A DNA stretch of 59,230 nt. It comes from an uncultured virus (IMG/VR IMGVR_UViG_3300006119_000007). Its lineage: Duplodnaviria; Heunggongvirae; Uroviricota; Caudoviricetes. The DNA is taken from the IMG/VR virus record IMGVR_UViG_3300006119_000007. The stretch is one strand, 5' to 3'. Positions 18,001 through 26,363 of the stretch are shown here, one piece after another; the first letter of the stretch is position 1; every line of letters begins with the position of its first letter. The notes beneath the pieces were generated by a model. The model was given only the letters and a program-made list of their open reading frames with translations, did no database searches and had not been told where the DNA came from. The position numbers were made by a program, and so were the translations under genes.

Positions 18001-20143
18001 GAGTGCCTTGTATTCCTTGTAAACCTTGAGTTCCTTGGATACCTTGAGCACCAGTTACCCCGGTTGAGAGTGGAACGAAAAGAATCGCAAGTCCATTCGC
18101 AAATCCAGTTGTTCCTGTTCCGCCTGAAGTTGTGAGAGTGACTGGAATCGTTACGTAATCGTTCGGAGTGATCGTGATTGAACCAGTAACATTAAATGCT
18201 TGATAATTATCCGAATTTGCAGAGTCTTGAATGATGACTCTATCACCAGATTTGATCAGAGCCAAGAATACATCGATGTCGGTTCCAGCTGAAGTCTTGT
18301 GACTGACGATGAGACTTGTTGCGCTCGTTTGAGTCGCATTGTTCCAAACGATATTGCCTAGTCCCGGATCACCACTATAGTAAGTTGTGACTGCTGAATA
18401 GTTGTAGTAGCTGGCGGATTGACCATTTTGTCCAGCGATACCTTGAGCACCCGTGGTTCCTTGAATACCCTGAGTACCAGTCAAGCCCTGAGCACCTGCG
18501 ACGTTGGCATCTACCCATTGATAGCTGTTTGAGTCGTAGTAATAAATTCTGAGTGTACCAGTTGTGGAATCCCACCAGAGTTGTCCTGGATTTGGAGAAC
18601 TTGGAGGAGTGTCAGAAACTGTTGTGTTAGGTCCGATTGGTCCTTGAATACCTTGGAGACCCTGTGTACCTTGAATACCTTGCGCACCAGTTAAGCCCTG
18701 CACTCCTTGAGTACCAGTTTGGCCCTGAGCACCGGTTGTACCCTGAATGCCTTGTAAGCCTTGGATACCTTGAATGCCAGTGATACCCTGAATACCTTGG
18801 ATACCAGTGATGCCTTGGATGCCCTGAGAACCGGTAATGCCTTGAATACCCTGAGAGCCAGTGATGCCTTGTGTGCCTTGTGATCCAGTCGTACCTTGAG
18901 CTCCGGTGATTCCTTGAATGCCTTGTAAGCCAGTTGTTCCTTGAATTCCTTGTGAACCAGTATTACCTTGAATACCTTGAGCTCCAGTGATACCCTGAGC
19001 GCCTGTAATACCTTGCGCACCAGTGTTACCTTGAGTGCCTTGTAAGCCCTGAAGACCCTGAATTCCTTGAGTGCCTTGCGTTCCTTGAGGTCCAGTAACA
19101 CCTTGAATACCTTGTATACCTTGGCTACCGTTTGATCCAACAAAACCTGCAGTACCCTGAGATCCAGTGATGCCTTGAATGCCTTGCAAGCCCTGAGTAC
19201 CCTGTGTTCCCTGAGTACCTTGTGTGCCCTGAATACCTTGGTTACCAGTGATGCCTTGGAGTCCTTGCGTACCCTGAGTTCCCTGAGAACCAGTGATACC
19301 TTGCAAGCCTTGAGTACCTTGTGTTCCTTGAGGTCCCTGCGTTCCTTGAATACCTTGCGAGCCAGTGATACCCTGAGAACCTGTTGTTCCCTGAGTTCCT
19401 TGTGAGCCTTGAATACCCTGAAGTCCTTGGAGACCTTGAGTACCCTGTAAACCTTGTGTTCCCTGAGTTCCTTGTGAGCCTTGAATACCCTGAAGTCCTT
19501 GGAGACCTTGAGTACCCTGTAAACCTTGTGTTCCCTGAATACCTTGAGCACCAGTGATACCTTGGATACCTTGAATACCCTGAGGTCCTTGATCGCCAGG
19601 AATAAGACTACTTGCGTCTACCCAAGTGTTCTCGTAGTAAACTTCGAGTGCACCAACGGTGGAGTCCCACCATAAGTTACCAGCGACTGGATTACTTGGA
19701 GGTGCTTCACCGATCGTGATCGCACCACCGTTTGGCGACATTGGTCCTTGGATACCTTGTGATCCTTGAATTCCTTGAGAACCGGTTTGTCCAATGTATC
19801 CTTGTAAACCATTCTGACCCTGAGTGCCAGTATAACCCTGAGCACCAGTCGTGCCTTGATAACCGGAGTTACCTTGAGTTCCAGTTAATCCTTGAAGACC
19901 TCTTTGTCCCTGAGCGCCATCTGTTCCTTGGATGCCCTGAACGCCTTGAATGCCTGTAATGCCTTGAGTGCCCTGAGTTCCCTGAATACCTTGAACATTG
20001 ACGATTCCAATACTACCATTGGCGTTCTTATAGTATAAGACACCATCTGCATAGTTGATCGCAATTTCACCATACTGCAAATCTTCCGACTGAGGTATTT
20101 TCCCCGAGACGGAGGATTTCTTGATAAGAATGTTTGTTCCCAT
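15014..20143 (-). CDS. Long collagen-like tail fibre with Mtd-N-like head and C-terminal peptidase S74 autocleaving chaperone
   Basis: N-terminus IKKSSVSGKIP...L.YGEIAINYADG.LYYK (major tropism determinant N-terminal-like); extensive QGx repeats; VGIGT beta-repeats; C-terminus YSDKRLKN...GVIAQEV..VLPE...V.YEK.IPLLIEAIKE. Confidence 0.9.
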   Translation of the reverse strand: MGTNILIKKSSVSGKIPQSEDLQYGEIAINYADGVLYYKNANGSIGIVNVQGIQGTQGTQGITGIQGVQGIQGTDGAQGQRGLQGLTGTQGNSGYQGTTGAQGYTGTQGQNGLQGYIGQTGSQGIQGSQGIQGPMSPNGGAITIGEAPPSNPVAGNLWWDSTVGALEVYYENTWVDASSLIPGDQGPQGIQGIQGITGAQGIQGTQGLQGTQGLQGLQGIQGSQGTQGTQGLQGTQGLQGLQGIQGSQGTQGTTGSQGITGSQGIQGTQGPQGTQGTQGLQGITGSQGTQGTQGLQGITGNQGIQGTQGTQGTQGTQGLQGIQGITGSQGTAGFVGSNGSQGIQGIQGVTGPQGTQGTQGIQGLQGLQGTQGNTGAQGITGAQGITGAQGIQGNTGSQGIQGTTGLQGIQGITGAQGTTGSQGTQGITGSQGIQGITGSQGIQGITGIQGIQGITGIQGIQGLQGIQGTTGAQGQTGTQGVQGLTGAQGIQGTQGLQGIQGPIGPNTTVSDTPPSSPNPGQLWWDSTTGTLRIYYYDSNSYQWVDANVAGAQGLTGTQGIQGTTGAQGIAGQNGQSASYYNYSAVTTYYSGDPGLGNIVWNNATQTSATSLIVSHKTSAGTDIDVFLALIKSGDRVIIQDSANSDNYQAFNVTGSITITPNDYVTIPVTLTTSGGTGTTGFANGLAILFVPLSTGVTGAQGIQGTQGLQGIQGTQGTQGTQGIQGITGAQGIQGTQGPQGTQGTQGLQGTTGIQGIQGIQGLQGTTGAQGIQGITGAQGIQGITGAQGIQGIQGSTGATGAQGITGTQGATGAQGIQGITGAQGIQGTTGTQGITGSQGTTGAQGTQGLQGITGAQGTQGIQGITGLQGTAGFVGSNGSQGIQGIQGITGSQGTAGFVGSNGSQGIQGIQGTTGSTGSQGIQGIQGQAIQGATGAQGSTGVSPGGTSGYIAKFTGSNTLGNSIIQDSGSYITVGSYFTAGTSVNSGYYQDSSNGAYRAITNSGTNGYYFQSNAGGSTSVYIGLNGSYASRVGIGTSSPVAGLNILNQPGVTSFTGNTPLQILLAETNGGGSNYSGIDFSGYSSTYYNNPLARIAAYVSGAGTYLKFGTSNNYNTGITNTAMTIDYNGNVGIGTTSPSYLLTVNGNIASNNGDILLSSNSSTAFLQSYNSKSLYINNVGNTTYFPNTVQAPLIYDIGNTAYYLRPSSTSALNNISVAGYFSNNFVTGYQSPLASGLNGALGTAALYNFDGYNAAVPNFPTSSWNVSVVSVGNSSRGMQLGGDYDGNSLYYRKGTGSWQSWIRQLNATVDSYAASMNQSVTTTDSPTFSTVNVTNVRFSNAIYLGSNNLYINNLGTSFGCNAPFVSSSSIQGSTFTSSATYTRSTAATGYLSGSYSSVENSATTGAIYTIGGSYYPTAYALNTMYGIGYMYQGGTTGISYPTGASGWGMYAASNGGIGVWLGASAGTVCSTGAMYGTIFYDANDTGYYCDPNGTSNFSVTVKRGITIPAVFVQSGATSGAPSAIQNGDLWWNTDTGTMNIYWSAASAWVAATPVPDSSLFFRVAGGNITGSVSIAQNLTVSGSIFASGNVAAYYSDKRLKNITGNIDNALSKVMSLNGVYYTNNDVAKSNGYTSEEQQVGVIAQEVQKVLPEVIQLAPFDTQINEDGTLQSKSGENYLTVQYEKIIPLLIEAIKEQQAQIEELKKQIKERR
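19385..19538. repeat. 72-bp tandem repeat inside the collagen region
   Basis: tgttccctga recurs at 19385, 19457 and 19529, and the intervening sequence matches. Confidence 0.8.
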
Positions 20144-20195
20144 AGGTTGAGTAAAAACTCGCTGACACTCCGCAGATAATAACCTGCGTTTAGAC

Positions 20196-20203
20196 TATTT
20201 ATT
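20196..20203 (-). promoter_or_regulatory. T4-type late promoter variant (AATAAATA)
   Basis: TTAATAAATAG in the intergenic gap upstream of the 1709-aa fibre; same variant as at 1171. Confidence 0.55.
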
Positions 20204-20212
20204 AAGGCTTAA

Positions 20213-21898
20213 TTAGAACGTTCCGCCATCGATTGTAGCGGAAGCGATTGGTACTCCTGAGGAATTAAATTGAACGATTTGATACTGTGAACCAGTTAAG
20301 AAACTGAGAGCAGTTCCTGCTGCATTCGTGTACCAGATACCACTTGCTGTCGGTGTTCCAGTTCCTGTACCACCTGAAGTGATCGCTAATGGATTATTTG
20401 TAAGAGTTAAAGTACCACTGACAGTTAAGTTTCCAGTTACTTTAACGTTGCTTGTTGATGCAGTAAGAGTTAAATCACCAGAACCAGTACTGATCGTACC
20501 ATTTGCAGCAACACTGAGAGTTAAGTTACCAAGTGTTGATTGAGTACCATAGATGGCTGCAAATTGAGCATCTCCGTAATTTGATCCAAGATTATCTGCA
20601 CCAGCGCCAGTTTTGATATAAACAAAACGACCACTGTTTGCAGTATCCATACCGAAGAAGCCGGTCTGGAGGTTTGTACCATCACCGTACTTGAATTCGA
20701 TACCGCGATCATGAGCATCACCTGCAGCAAGAGAATCTTTACCAAGAGTGATAACTGGATCAGTAAGAGTTGTAGTAGTACTGTTTACGCTTGTTGTTGT
20801 ACCATTGACTGTTAAGTTACCACCAACGACTAAGTTGTTGTTAACAGTTGTTGTACCAGAACCAGCACCTAAGTTAAGGGTTGTAGCGGCACCAAAAGCG
20901 TTAACCGTTGTTGCAGTCGTATTGAATGCTGCAAAGGTTGTGCTGCTTGTTGTAACTGATGTTACGAATGAAGGCGAGGTATTGAATACGACGTAGCCTG
21001 TACCAGTTTCATCGGATATGACTGTAGCTAATTGTGCTGATGTCGTACTTGAGAAGTAATCAAGTGTGTTTGTGTTTCTGGCAACACTACTATCAACTGC
21101 AACCGTAGTTGTCTTGGATGTGTTATTGTAGCTGGTAGTAATGCCACTGCCCTGAGCAATCGTGAAGGTATCTGTCGCAAGAGCGATCGTACCAGAACCA
21201 GATGTCGCAGCAACGTTTAATGTTGTGGAGATCGAAGCTGTGGTGATTGCTGTAACACGACCATCTGCAGCAACTGTAAGAACAGGAATTGCAGTCGTAC
21301 TACCATAGGAACCAGAGACTTTACCTGTTGTTCCATCTAAGAGAGTATTCAGAGTAAGTACACCAGACTTCGTGATCGTTGCCGATCCACTCATCGAGGT
21401 GTTTTCCCACTTTGCAGCCGTTGCGTTATATTGTAATAACTGAGCGTCTGTTGGAGAAGTGATTAATACGTCTTGTAACGTATTTAAGCTGATCGTACCA
21501 GAGATTGAGTTATCAACGTATGTCTTAACTGCAAGAGCTGTAGGTAATTGAGTGTCTGCTGCACTCGCAAGAGTTGTGCTTGTTGTGACCGAGGTGACTA
21601 CCTGGCCAGAACCACCAGAGGTCGTAAGTTGTAAACTACCTGAGATTAGGTGATCTACCCACTTGTTTGCATCGACAAGAACGGCTGAGGACGCTGTTAA
21701 TACGCCCAGCGTCTGATTCATCATATTCGTGTAGTATTCACCACCGATTATGATAGGATCAATTGACGCGCCATTTTGTTTACCAATGAACATGCGATCA
21801 CTCGAGAACGAGTAAGCTTGTTCACCTACTGCCAGAACGTTAGATGCTGGCTGATTTGTTACGTTACTATATTTGACTTTGATTATTGTGCCTGACAT
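20213..21898 (-). CDS. Tail fibre or virion structural protein with Mtd-N-like N-terminus
   Basis: Probable start MSGTIIKVK (ATG 21898). L..GE.AYS motif, Ser/Thr-rich beta-repeats, GNLTVNGTTT.VNST...DP.I.LG, and a C-terminal IDGGTF. Confidence 0.8.
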   Translation of the reverse strand: MSGTIIKVKYSNVTNQPASNVLAVGEQAYSFSSDRMFIGKQNGASIDPIIIGGEYYTNMMNQTLGVLTASSAVLVDANKWVDHLISGSLQLTTSGGSGQVVTSVTTSTTLASAADTQLPTALAVKTYVDNSISGTISLNTLQDVLITSPTDAQLLQYNATAAKWENTSMSGSATITKSGVLTLNTLLDGTTGKVSGSYGSTTAIPVLTVAADGRVTAITTASISTTLNVAATSGSGTIALATDTFTIAQGSGITTSYNNTSKTTTVAVDSSVARNTNTLDYFSSTTSAQLATVISDETGTGYVVFNTSPSFVTSVTTSSTTFAAFNTTATTVNAFGAATTLNLGAGSGTTTVNNNLVVGGNLTVNGTTTSVNSTTTTLTDPVITLGKDSLAAGDAHDRGIEFKYGDGTNLQTGFFGMDTANSGRFVYIKTGAGADNLGSNYGDAQFAAIYGTQSTLGNLTLSVAANGTISTGSGDLTLTASTSNVKVTGNLTVSGTLTLTNNPLAITSGGTGTGTPTASGIWYTNAAGTALSFLTGSQYQIVQFNSSGVPIASATIDGGTF

Positions 21899-21899
21899 A

Positions 21900-22130
21900 T
21901 TAGAAGCTTCCTCCAATGATTAATGTGTTCGAATTCTCGAGTTGCGTGTTTGCAACGAATTGTTTAGAAGTACCATTGTATATAAGAAGGGCTCCGTCAG
22001 AAGCACCAACTACGTTCACATCCGATAAACTTGATAGGCTCAGCGCTGGTCCAAGACCTACTGCTTTTGCCTGTATTGTTTGCCCATTCGTGATCGTGGC
22101 CTTAATTTTTTGCTGTGAGTGATTTGACAT
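21900..22130 (-). CDS. Small fibre-associated protein
   Basis: 76 aa with L..LSDV...DGALL.YN and a C-terminal GGSF, like its neighbour's DGGTF end. Confidence 0.7.
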   Translation of the reverse strand: MSNHSQQKIKATITNGQTIQAKAVGLGPALSLSSLSDVNVVGASDGALLIYNGTSKQFVANTQLENSNTLIIGGSF

Positions 22131-22136
22131 GGGAAA

Positions 22137-23243
22137 TTACCAAGAAATAATTACGATACCGTTAGAACCAGCTCCTCCTTGAAGAGAATTTGATCCTGCT
22201 CCTCCGCCACCGCCTCCAGTATTCGCTGAAGCGTTTGACCCAGAGTAATAAATGTTTCCACCGTTTCCTGCGCCGGTTCCGCCTTCTCCTGCTTGTGCGC
22301 TTTGGCCTGAGCCACCGCCACCTCCTGAGCCATATACTGTGTATATGCCAGAGATCTTGCTTCCATAGCCTTCACCGCCACGGCCTGCTCCATTTCCATC
22401 GACTGAGCCACCGCCGTCAAAAGCACCACCCCCACCTCCGCCACCTGGTCCTACAGCGCCACCGCCATAGTTGTAACCAAGACCACCGCTTTGTCCTTGT
22501 CCCTCGATTCCTGTTCCAGAGTTACCTGTTGAGTAAGCTCCACCGCCAGAACCGCCGGATCCTGCATTAGCATAGTTTGATCCAGGACCTGAGCCACCGA
22601 ATCCACCGCCTGTCGCTACGAGGCTACCAAAAGCTGAGTTTTCTCCATTGCTACCATTTGAGGAGAGAGAATTACAACCTGCTCCACCGGTACCAACTGT
22701 GACAACAATGTTTGCTCCAGGAGTAACTGGATAAAATGATTTTCCAATGTCGTAGTCGCTAATGACTCCGCCACCACCTCCACCACCGCCTGCCCAGACT
22801 CCGCCGCCACCACCTGCAGCAACGACTAACACATTGACTTGTGTAACGTTTCCAGGAACCGTCCAGGTACCACTTGTCGTGAATACCTGAAGACCATGAG
22901 TATTGACTGGAAGAGTGACTCGAGGTTGAACTTCAGCTTGACCCTCAAGGACACGAATGACGTTACCACTTGAGGTGTTTACGATCTCGAGGTCATAAAG
23001 ATAACGACCTGCCTTGATCAAAGATGTTTGCTGGTTAGTAAGAGTCAGAATGACTTCTCCAACCGTTGGATCCGCGATATTCGTTGTAAAACTGACTGCG
23101 TTCACGGACGTATAAGTCTTACGTAATTGAGCTCTTGCCGTATATCCTGTAAGATCATATACTAACCCGTCGGCACCTTGGACGGTGACTACAGAGCTGA
23201 AATCAGATCCCTGATCAATTGCGATGTTAGCGTAAACAGCCAT
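22137..23243 (-). CDS. Ig/BppU-like adaptor domain fused to a polyglycine domain
   Basis: N-terminal ~110 aa (IDQGSDF...DLTGYTA.AQLRK...GRY.YD.EI...RVLEG) is a common T4-like virion protein motif. The C-terminal part is a Gly-rich domain. Confidence 0.75.
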   Translation of the reverse strand: MAVYANIAIDQGSDFSSVVTVQGADGLVYDLTGYTARAQLRKTYTSVNAVSFTTNIADPTVGEVILTLTNQQTSLIKAGRYLYDLEIVNTSSGNVIRVLEGQAEVQPRVTLPVNTHGLQVFTTSGTWTVPGNVTQVNVLVVAAGGGGGVWAGGGGGGGGVISDYDIGKSFYPVTPGANIVVTVGTGGAGCNSLSSNGSNGENSAFGSLVATGGGFGGSGPGSNYANAGSGGSGGGAYSTGNSGTGIEGQGQSGGLGYNYGGGAVGPGGGGGGGAFDGGGSVDGNGAGRGGEGYGSKISGIYTVYGSGGGGGSGQSAQAGEGGTGAGNGGNIYYSGSNASANTGGGGGGAGSNSLQGGAGSNGIVIISW

Positions 23244-23256
23244 TTGGAATATGGTC

Positions 23257-23264
23257 TATTTATA
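23257..23264 (-). promoter_or_regulatory. T4-type late promoter TATAAATA
   Basis: Exact consensus 13 nt upstream of ATG 23243. Confidence 0.8.
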
Positions 23265-23288
23265 CTAATTACGACTAATGAAATCTTA

Positions 23289-24074
23289 TTAAAACCCTAA
23301 GTTCTTGGACCGTACGAAATCTAAATTATAGGTCGTTGTTGAGATCGGAATGCCTCCGTACTCATTCTCGAAAGGGGTATAAGTGGGTGAACACTTCCGC
23401 CAACCGGGACCCCATTTCTGAGTCATATACTCAAAATTGGTCAAATTGACTTGATTTAATTTCTCCTTGAGAACTGGATCCTTCTTTCCGGTCTGGCTTC
23501 CATGAGTATAATACTCGTCTTTATCTCCAAGACCATGCTTATAATTGCTCGTAAGAGACATGATCTTCTTGATCGGACGATGCATGAACCTCATGATATA
23601 GTCAGCATCCTCGTTATACGCAGGATATAGGTTTTCGTCGAATAATCCAAATTTTTGAACGATGTGATCTCTTATGAGAAAGAGGTCCCAGCTACCGACT
23701 CCAAAGTCTCCAGAATTACCATGAATGAGTCCGACCTCCGGATCATTGGTTGCCGCCTCATACATCTCCTTCAGGAATCCAGGACAAAAAGCAACGTCAT
23801 CATTGACTAATATCCAGAAAGGAGCCATCATATAGGACTTAATGATTAGATTCCAGGAGCCAGAGACACCTAGATTTGAGGGCATGTGAACGACTCGAAT
23901 CAATTGAATAAATTCTGGATTCAGTTTCGTCATCTCATCCAATTCGGCATCGATGAGACCTCTGCCATTGTTATTGATTATGCAGAACTCCTGAACAGGA
24001 AAGTCCACACTCTCGATGAGTCTCTTGACCCAGAAAGGATTCTCTACGACTGGAACTCCAATGACAGGGATCAT
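23289..24074 (-). CDS. Glycosyltransferase family 2-like protein
   Basis: GT-A motifs IINN, NLG.SGSWN, LVNDDV (DxD-like) and GLFDENLYPAY.ED.DY. Confidence 0.8.
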   Translation of the reverse strand: MIPVIGVPVVENPFWVKRLIESVDFPVQEFCIINNNGRGLIDAELDEMTKLNPEFIQLIRVVHMPSNLGVSGSWNLIIKSYMMAPFWILVNDDVAFCPGFLKEMYEAATNDPEVGLIHGNSGDFGVGSWDLFLIRDHIVQKFGLFDENLYPAYNEDADYIMRFMHRPIKKIMSLTSNYKHGLGDKDEYYTHGSQTGKKDPVLKEKLNQVNLTNFEYMTQKWGPGWRKCSPTYTPFENEYGGIPISTTTYNLDFVRSKNLGF

Positions 24075-25339
24075 GCGAACATGTAGTCCTCACACCATTT
24101 GACTGCTTCGGTTACGTCCATCATCTTATCACGAATATCACGTGACACTAAGTCTGGATGTACCCACCAATCCTCGTATCCTCTCCAAATATCTGGAGCG
24201 ATATTACGAGCGATGAGAACATAGCCTAGACTTGCCAAGAATTGTCTAGACTCTTGTCTTACAGTATCCTCAACCTCCGCATAGGCATCATGCTCAAAAG
24301 TGATCACTGCAAAGCGATACTTATCAAATGGTATCCTCTTTAAAATATTGAGTGTCGTCTGAGGTGGTTCTGCATCGACCTGAAGATAATCGATATCCTT
24401 TGGCATATTGTGCCTTGTTAAGATTGAATCAAAGTCGACGACAAGACCATCACCTAGAACACATGGATTCTTTCTCTGATCTGAGAAAGTCTTGACCGCA
24501 TTTGCGTCGATGTCCATCGAGACGCCCTTCCAATCGAACTGAGACTCGAGCAAGTAAGTGTTATTACCATAATGAGGACTTGCCGATCCAATCTCAAGGT
24601 ACGTACCATTTCGTTTGCCATTCGTCATGGTTAAAACAAACATGTCTTGATATGACTCTGAGTAATTCACTTCGATGTCGGTTGAACCTGGAAATTGCCT
24701 ATGCAGACGATAGTGCTTCTCTTTCTTGTATGGTATGATCTGCTTAGTCACGAATTGATTCATGAACTTTAGGTTATTGATCACAGCGGCTCTATGAATC
24801 TTATCAAGAGGGTAATTGATTAGAAGATCACGAAAGAGATCCTTTGCGTCATCACATAATCCTACCCACCAACCACTCACTGCTTTTTCGAATAGGATAC
24901 CATACTTTCCTGGATAATCGACTGAGGTGCGTAAAGGTGGAGCATTGAAGTCACAAATGCTTTCTGCAAGAGACGCCAGAGTGAAGCAATTCACCCAGCT
25001 CTCAACTTGTTGTTCTCTCTCGTACCAACGGCTCAATACGAAGTAAGCCTCTGGACGCTTAGGTAAGAGTGTGATCGCTCTCTGGAGTAATCCTCTGACT
25101 GAGAGTCCACGAATCCCCTGAGTGTTGAAACACATCGAGGCACGAATGAGAGCCTCATACTGAAAGGTCACATCACGAGATCTCTCTGCTGTTCTTAGAT
25201 AATAAGATATCGCTGCTGCAGTTTGACCAATATTATGATAGTAAAGAGCCAGAGCAAAGTTTGACTCAGAGTTCGAGGGATCCTGAATATAGGTATAAAG
25301 TAGATCCTGTAATGTAGTATTGTTAGTATTATTGCTCAT
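24071..25339 (-). CDS. TPR-like domain fused to an FkbM-like methyltransferase
   Basis: Helical N-half (A.SYYLR.AE, P.RPEAY). C-half SYQDMFV...GTYLEIG...NNTYLLE..F.W.G...IDYLQ.D.E...ITFEH...EDW. Confidence 0.75.
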   Translation of the reverse strand: MSNNTNNTTLQDLLYTYIQDPSNSESNFALALYYHNIGQTAAAISYYLRTAERSRDVTFQYEALIRASMCFNTQGIRGLSVRGLLQRAITLLPKRPEAYFVLSRWYEREQQVESWVNCFTLASLAESICDFNAPPLRTSVDYPGKYGILFEKAVSGWWVGLCDDAKDLFRDLLINYPLDKIHRAAVINNLKFMNQFVTKQIIPYKKEKHYRLHRQFPGSTDIEVNYSESYQDMFVLTMTNGKRNGTYLEIGSASPHYGNNTYLLESQFDWKGVSMDIDANAVKTFSDQRKNPCVLGDGLVVDFDSILTRHNMPKDIDYLQVDAEPPQTTLNILKRIPFDKYRFAVITFEHDAYAEVEDTVRQESRQFLASLGYVLIARNIAPDIWRGYEDWWVHPDLVSRDIRDKMMDVTEAVKWCEDYMFA

Positions 25340-26315
25340 TGAGGAAATTCAAGATTGCGGATACTGGACAACGTAAGAGGTAAGCTGCATTGTCTTGGAA
25401 TCCAAAGGTGATTAATACGTCGTTTGCCGAATAAGGACACATACCAATCGCAAACTCGACCTGTGCATCCATGAAGAAGAACTCCTTAGAATACTTGATG
25501 ATGTTCCAGTTCTTATCCCAGATTACGAAGCGATGATGATAGACTGCATCTTTTCGACCAACCTCTGACTTGAATAGATCCACTTCATGAGTGATCGCAA
25601 TGTATCCACCCTCGATTGGAACTAGTTGAGTTCCTCCACGTAGATCTCTCCGAATATGAGGATTATTATCAGTCAAGGCGACTGTTTCGGATGTCTTATT
25701 GATTGGATCTGCCTTTACGATCTCAGTTGGAGTGCACCATTTAACATAATGGTAAGGCTTATCTAGGATCGGCATCCAATTCTTTTCACAATAGGAATTT
25801 GGATCCTTTGGAGGTGGAATACGAAACCTTGAGATCTCCTTGACGTCTTTCTCAGTCACGACGATCTCGGATAGCTCCATTCTGCCTTGACCATTAGTGG
25901 TTGTATCTCTTCTAACACCAGTGATGTAAAGCTTTCCTTCCCAACGAATTAAACGAGCGTCCTCTAGACCAATGAATTCCCAGAGAGGCTTATAGGTATC
26001 TCCAAAGCTCATTTCGATCTTATTGAATCTTGCGATATTCAGATCCTGATCCATCTCGCAGTAGTAATTCGTAGTGCGAAGAGTAAGGTCGTTCTCTGGG
26101 TGTAGATAAGTCAGAGGACCCCAAGGATGTAGGAATATCTTTGCCTCTGAGTGATAGAACGTGTAATTCACGTGTCTTATCACGACAAGTATCTTTCCGT
26201 TGTCATTAAACACGGAAGGATTCATGAGACCTGTTCCTCCAGTCAATTCTGAAGGAATAATCAGAGGATGTATCGAACCACCGGCGTCAATCGCCGCTTT
26301 CACGAAGTTGTTCAT
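25329..26315 (-). CDS. Five-bladed beta-propeller, GH130/GH43-like glycosidase or phosphorylase
   Basis: MNPSV, GLEDARL, EKNWMP, RGG and VEFA.G motifs. Confidence 0.65.
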   Translation of the reverse strand: MNNFVKAAIDAGGSIHPLIIPSELTGGTGLMNPSVFNDNGKILVVIRHVNYTFYHSEAKIFLHPWGPLTYLHPENDLTLRTTNYYCEMDQDLNIARFNKIEMSFGDTYKPLWEFIGLEDARLIRWEGKLYITGVRRDTTTNGQGRMELSEIVVTEKDVKEISRFRIPPPKDPNSYCEKNWMPILDKPYHYVKWCTPTEIVKADPINKTSETVALTDNNPHIRRDLRGGTQLVPIEGGYIAITHEVDLFKSEVGRKDAVYHHRFVIWDKNWNIIKYSKEFFFMDAQVEFAIGMCPYSANDVLITFGFQDNAAYLLRCPVSAILNFLNEQ

Positions 26316-26329
26316 ATAGTAGTGTTAGT

Positions 26330-26358
26330 ACTATATATCAACCTCGTGAGAAAGTAAA
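26330..26358 (-). promoter_or_regulatory. Sigma70-type promoter TTTACT-N17-TATAGT
   Basis: -35 at 26353-26358 and -10 at 26330-26335, upstream of the glycan-enzyme trio. Confidence 0.6.
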
Positions 26359-26363
26359 TACTA

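Noticed and set aside
17320..20073. Long alternative-frame ORFs (for example 17320..18051 and 18691..19551; likewise 4401..4976 and 26738..27484) with KVFKV/LNTL repeats
   Set aside because: They arise because the CAA-GGT-type repeat lacks stops in other frames. No independent coding signal.
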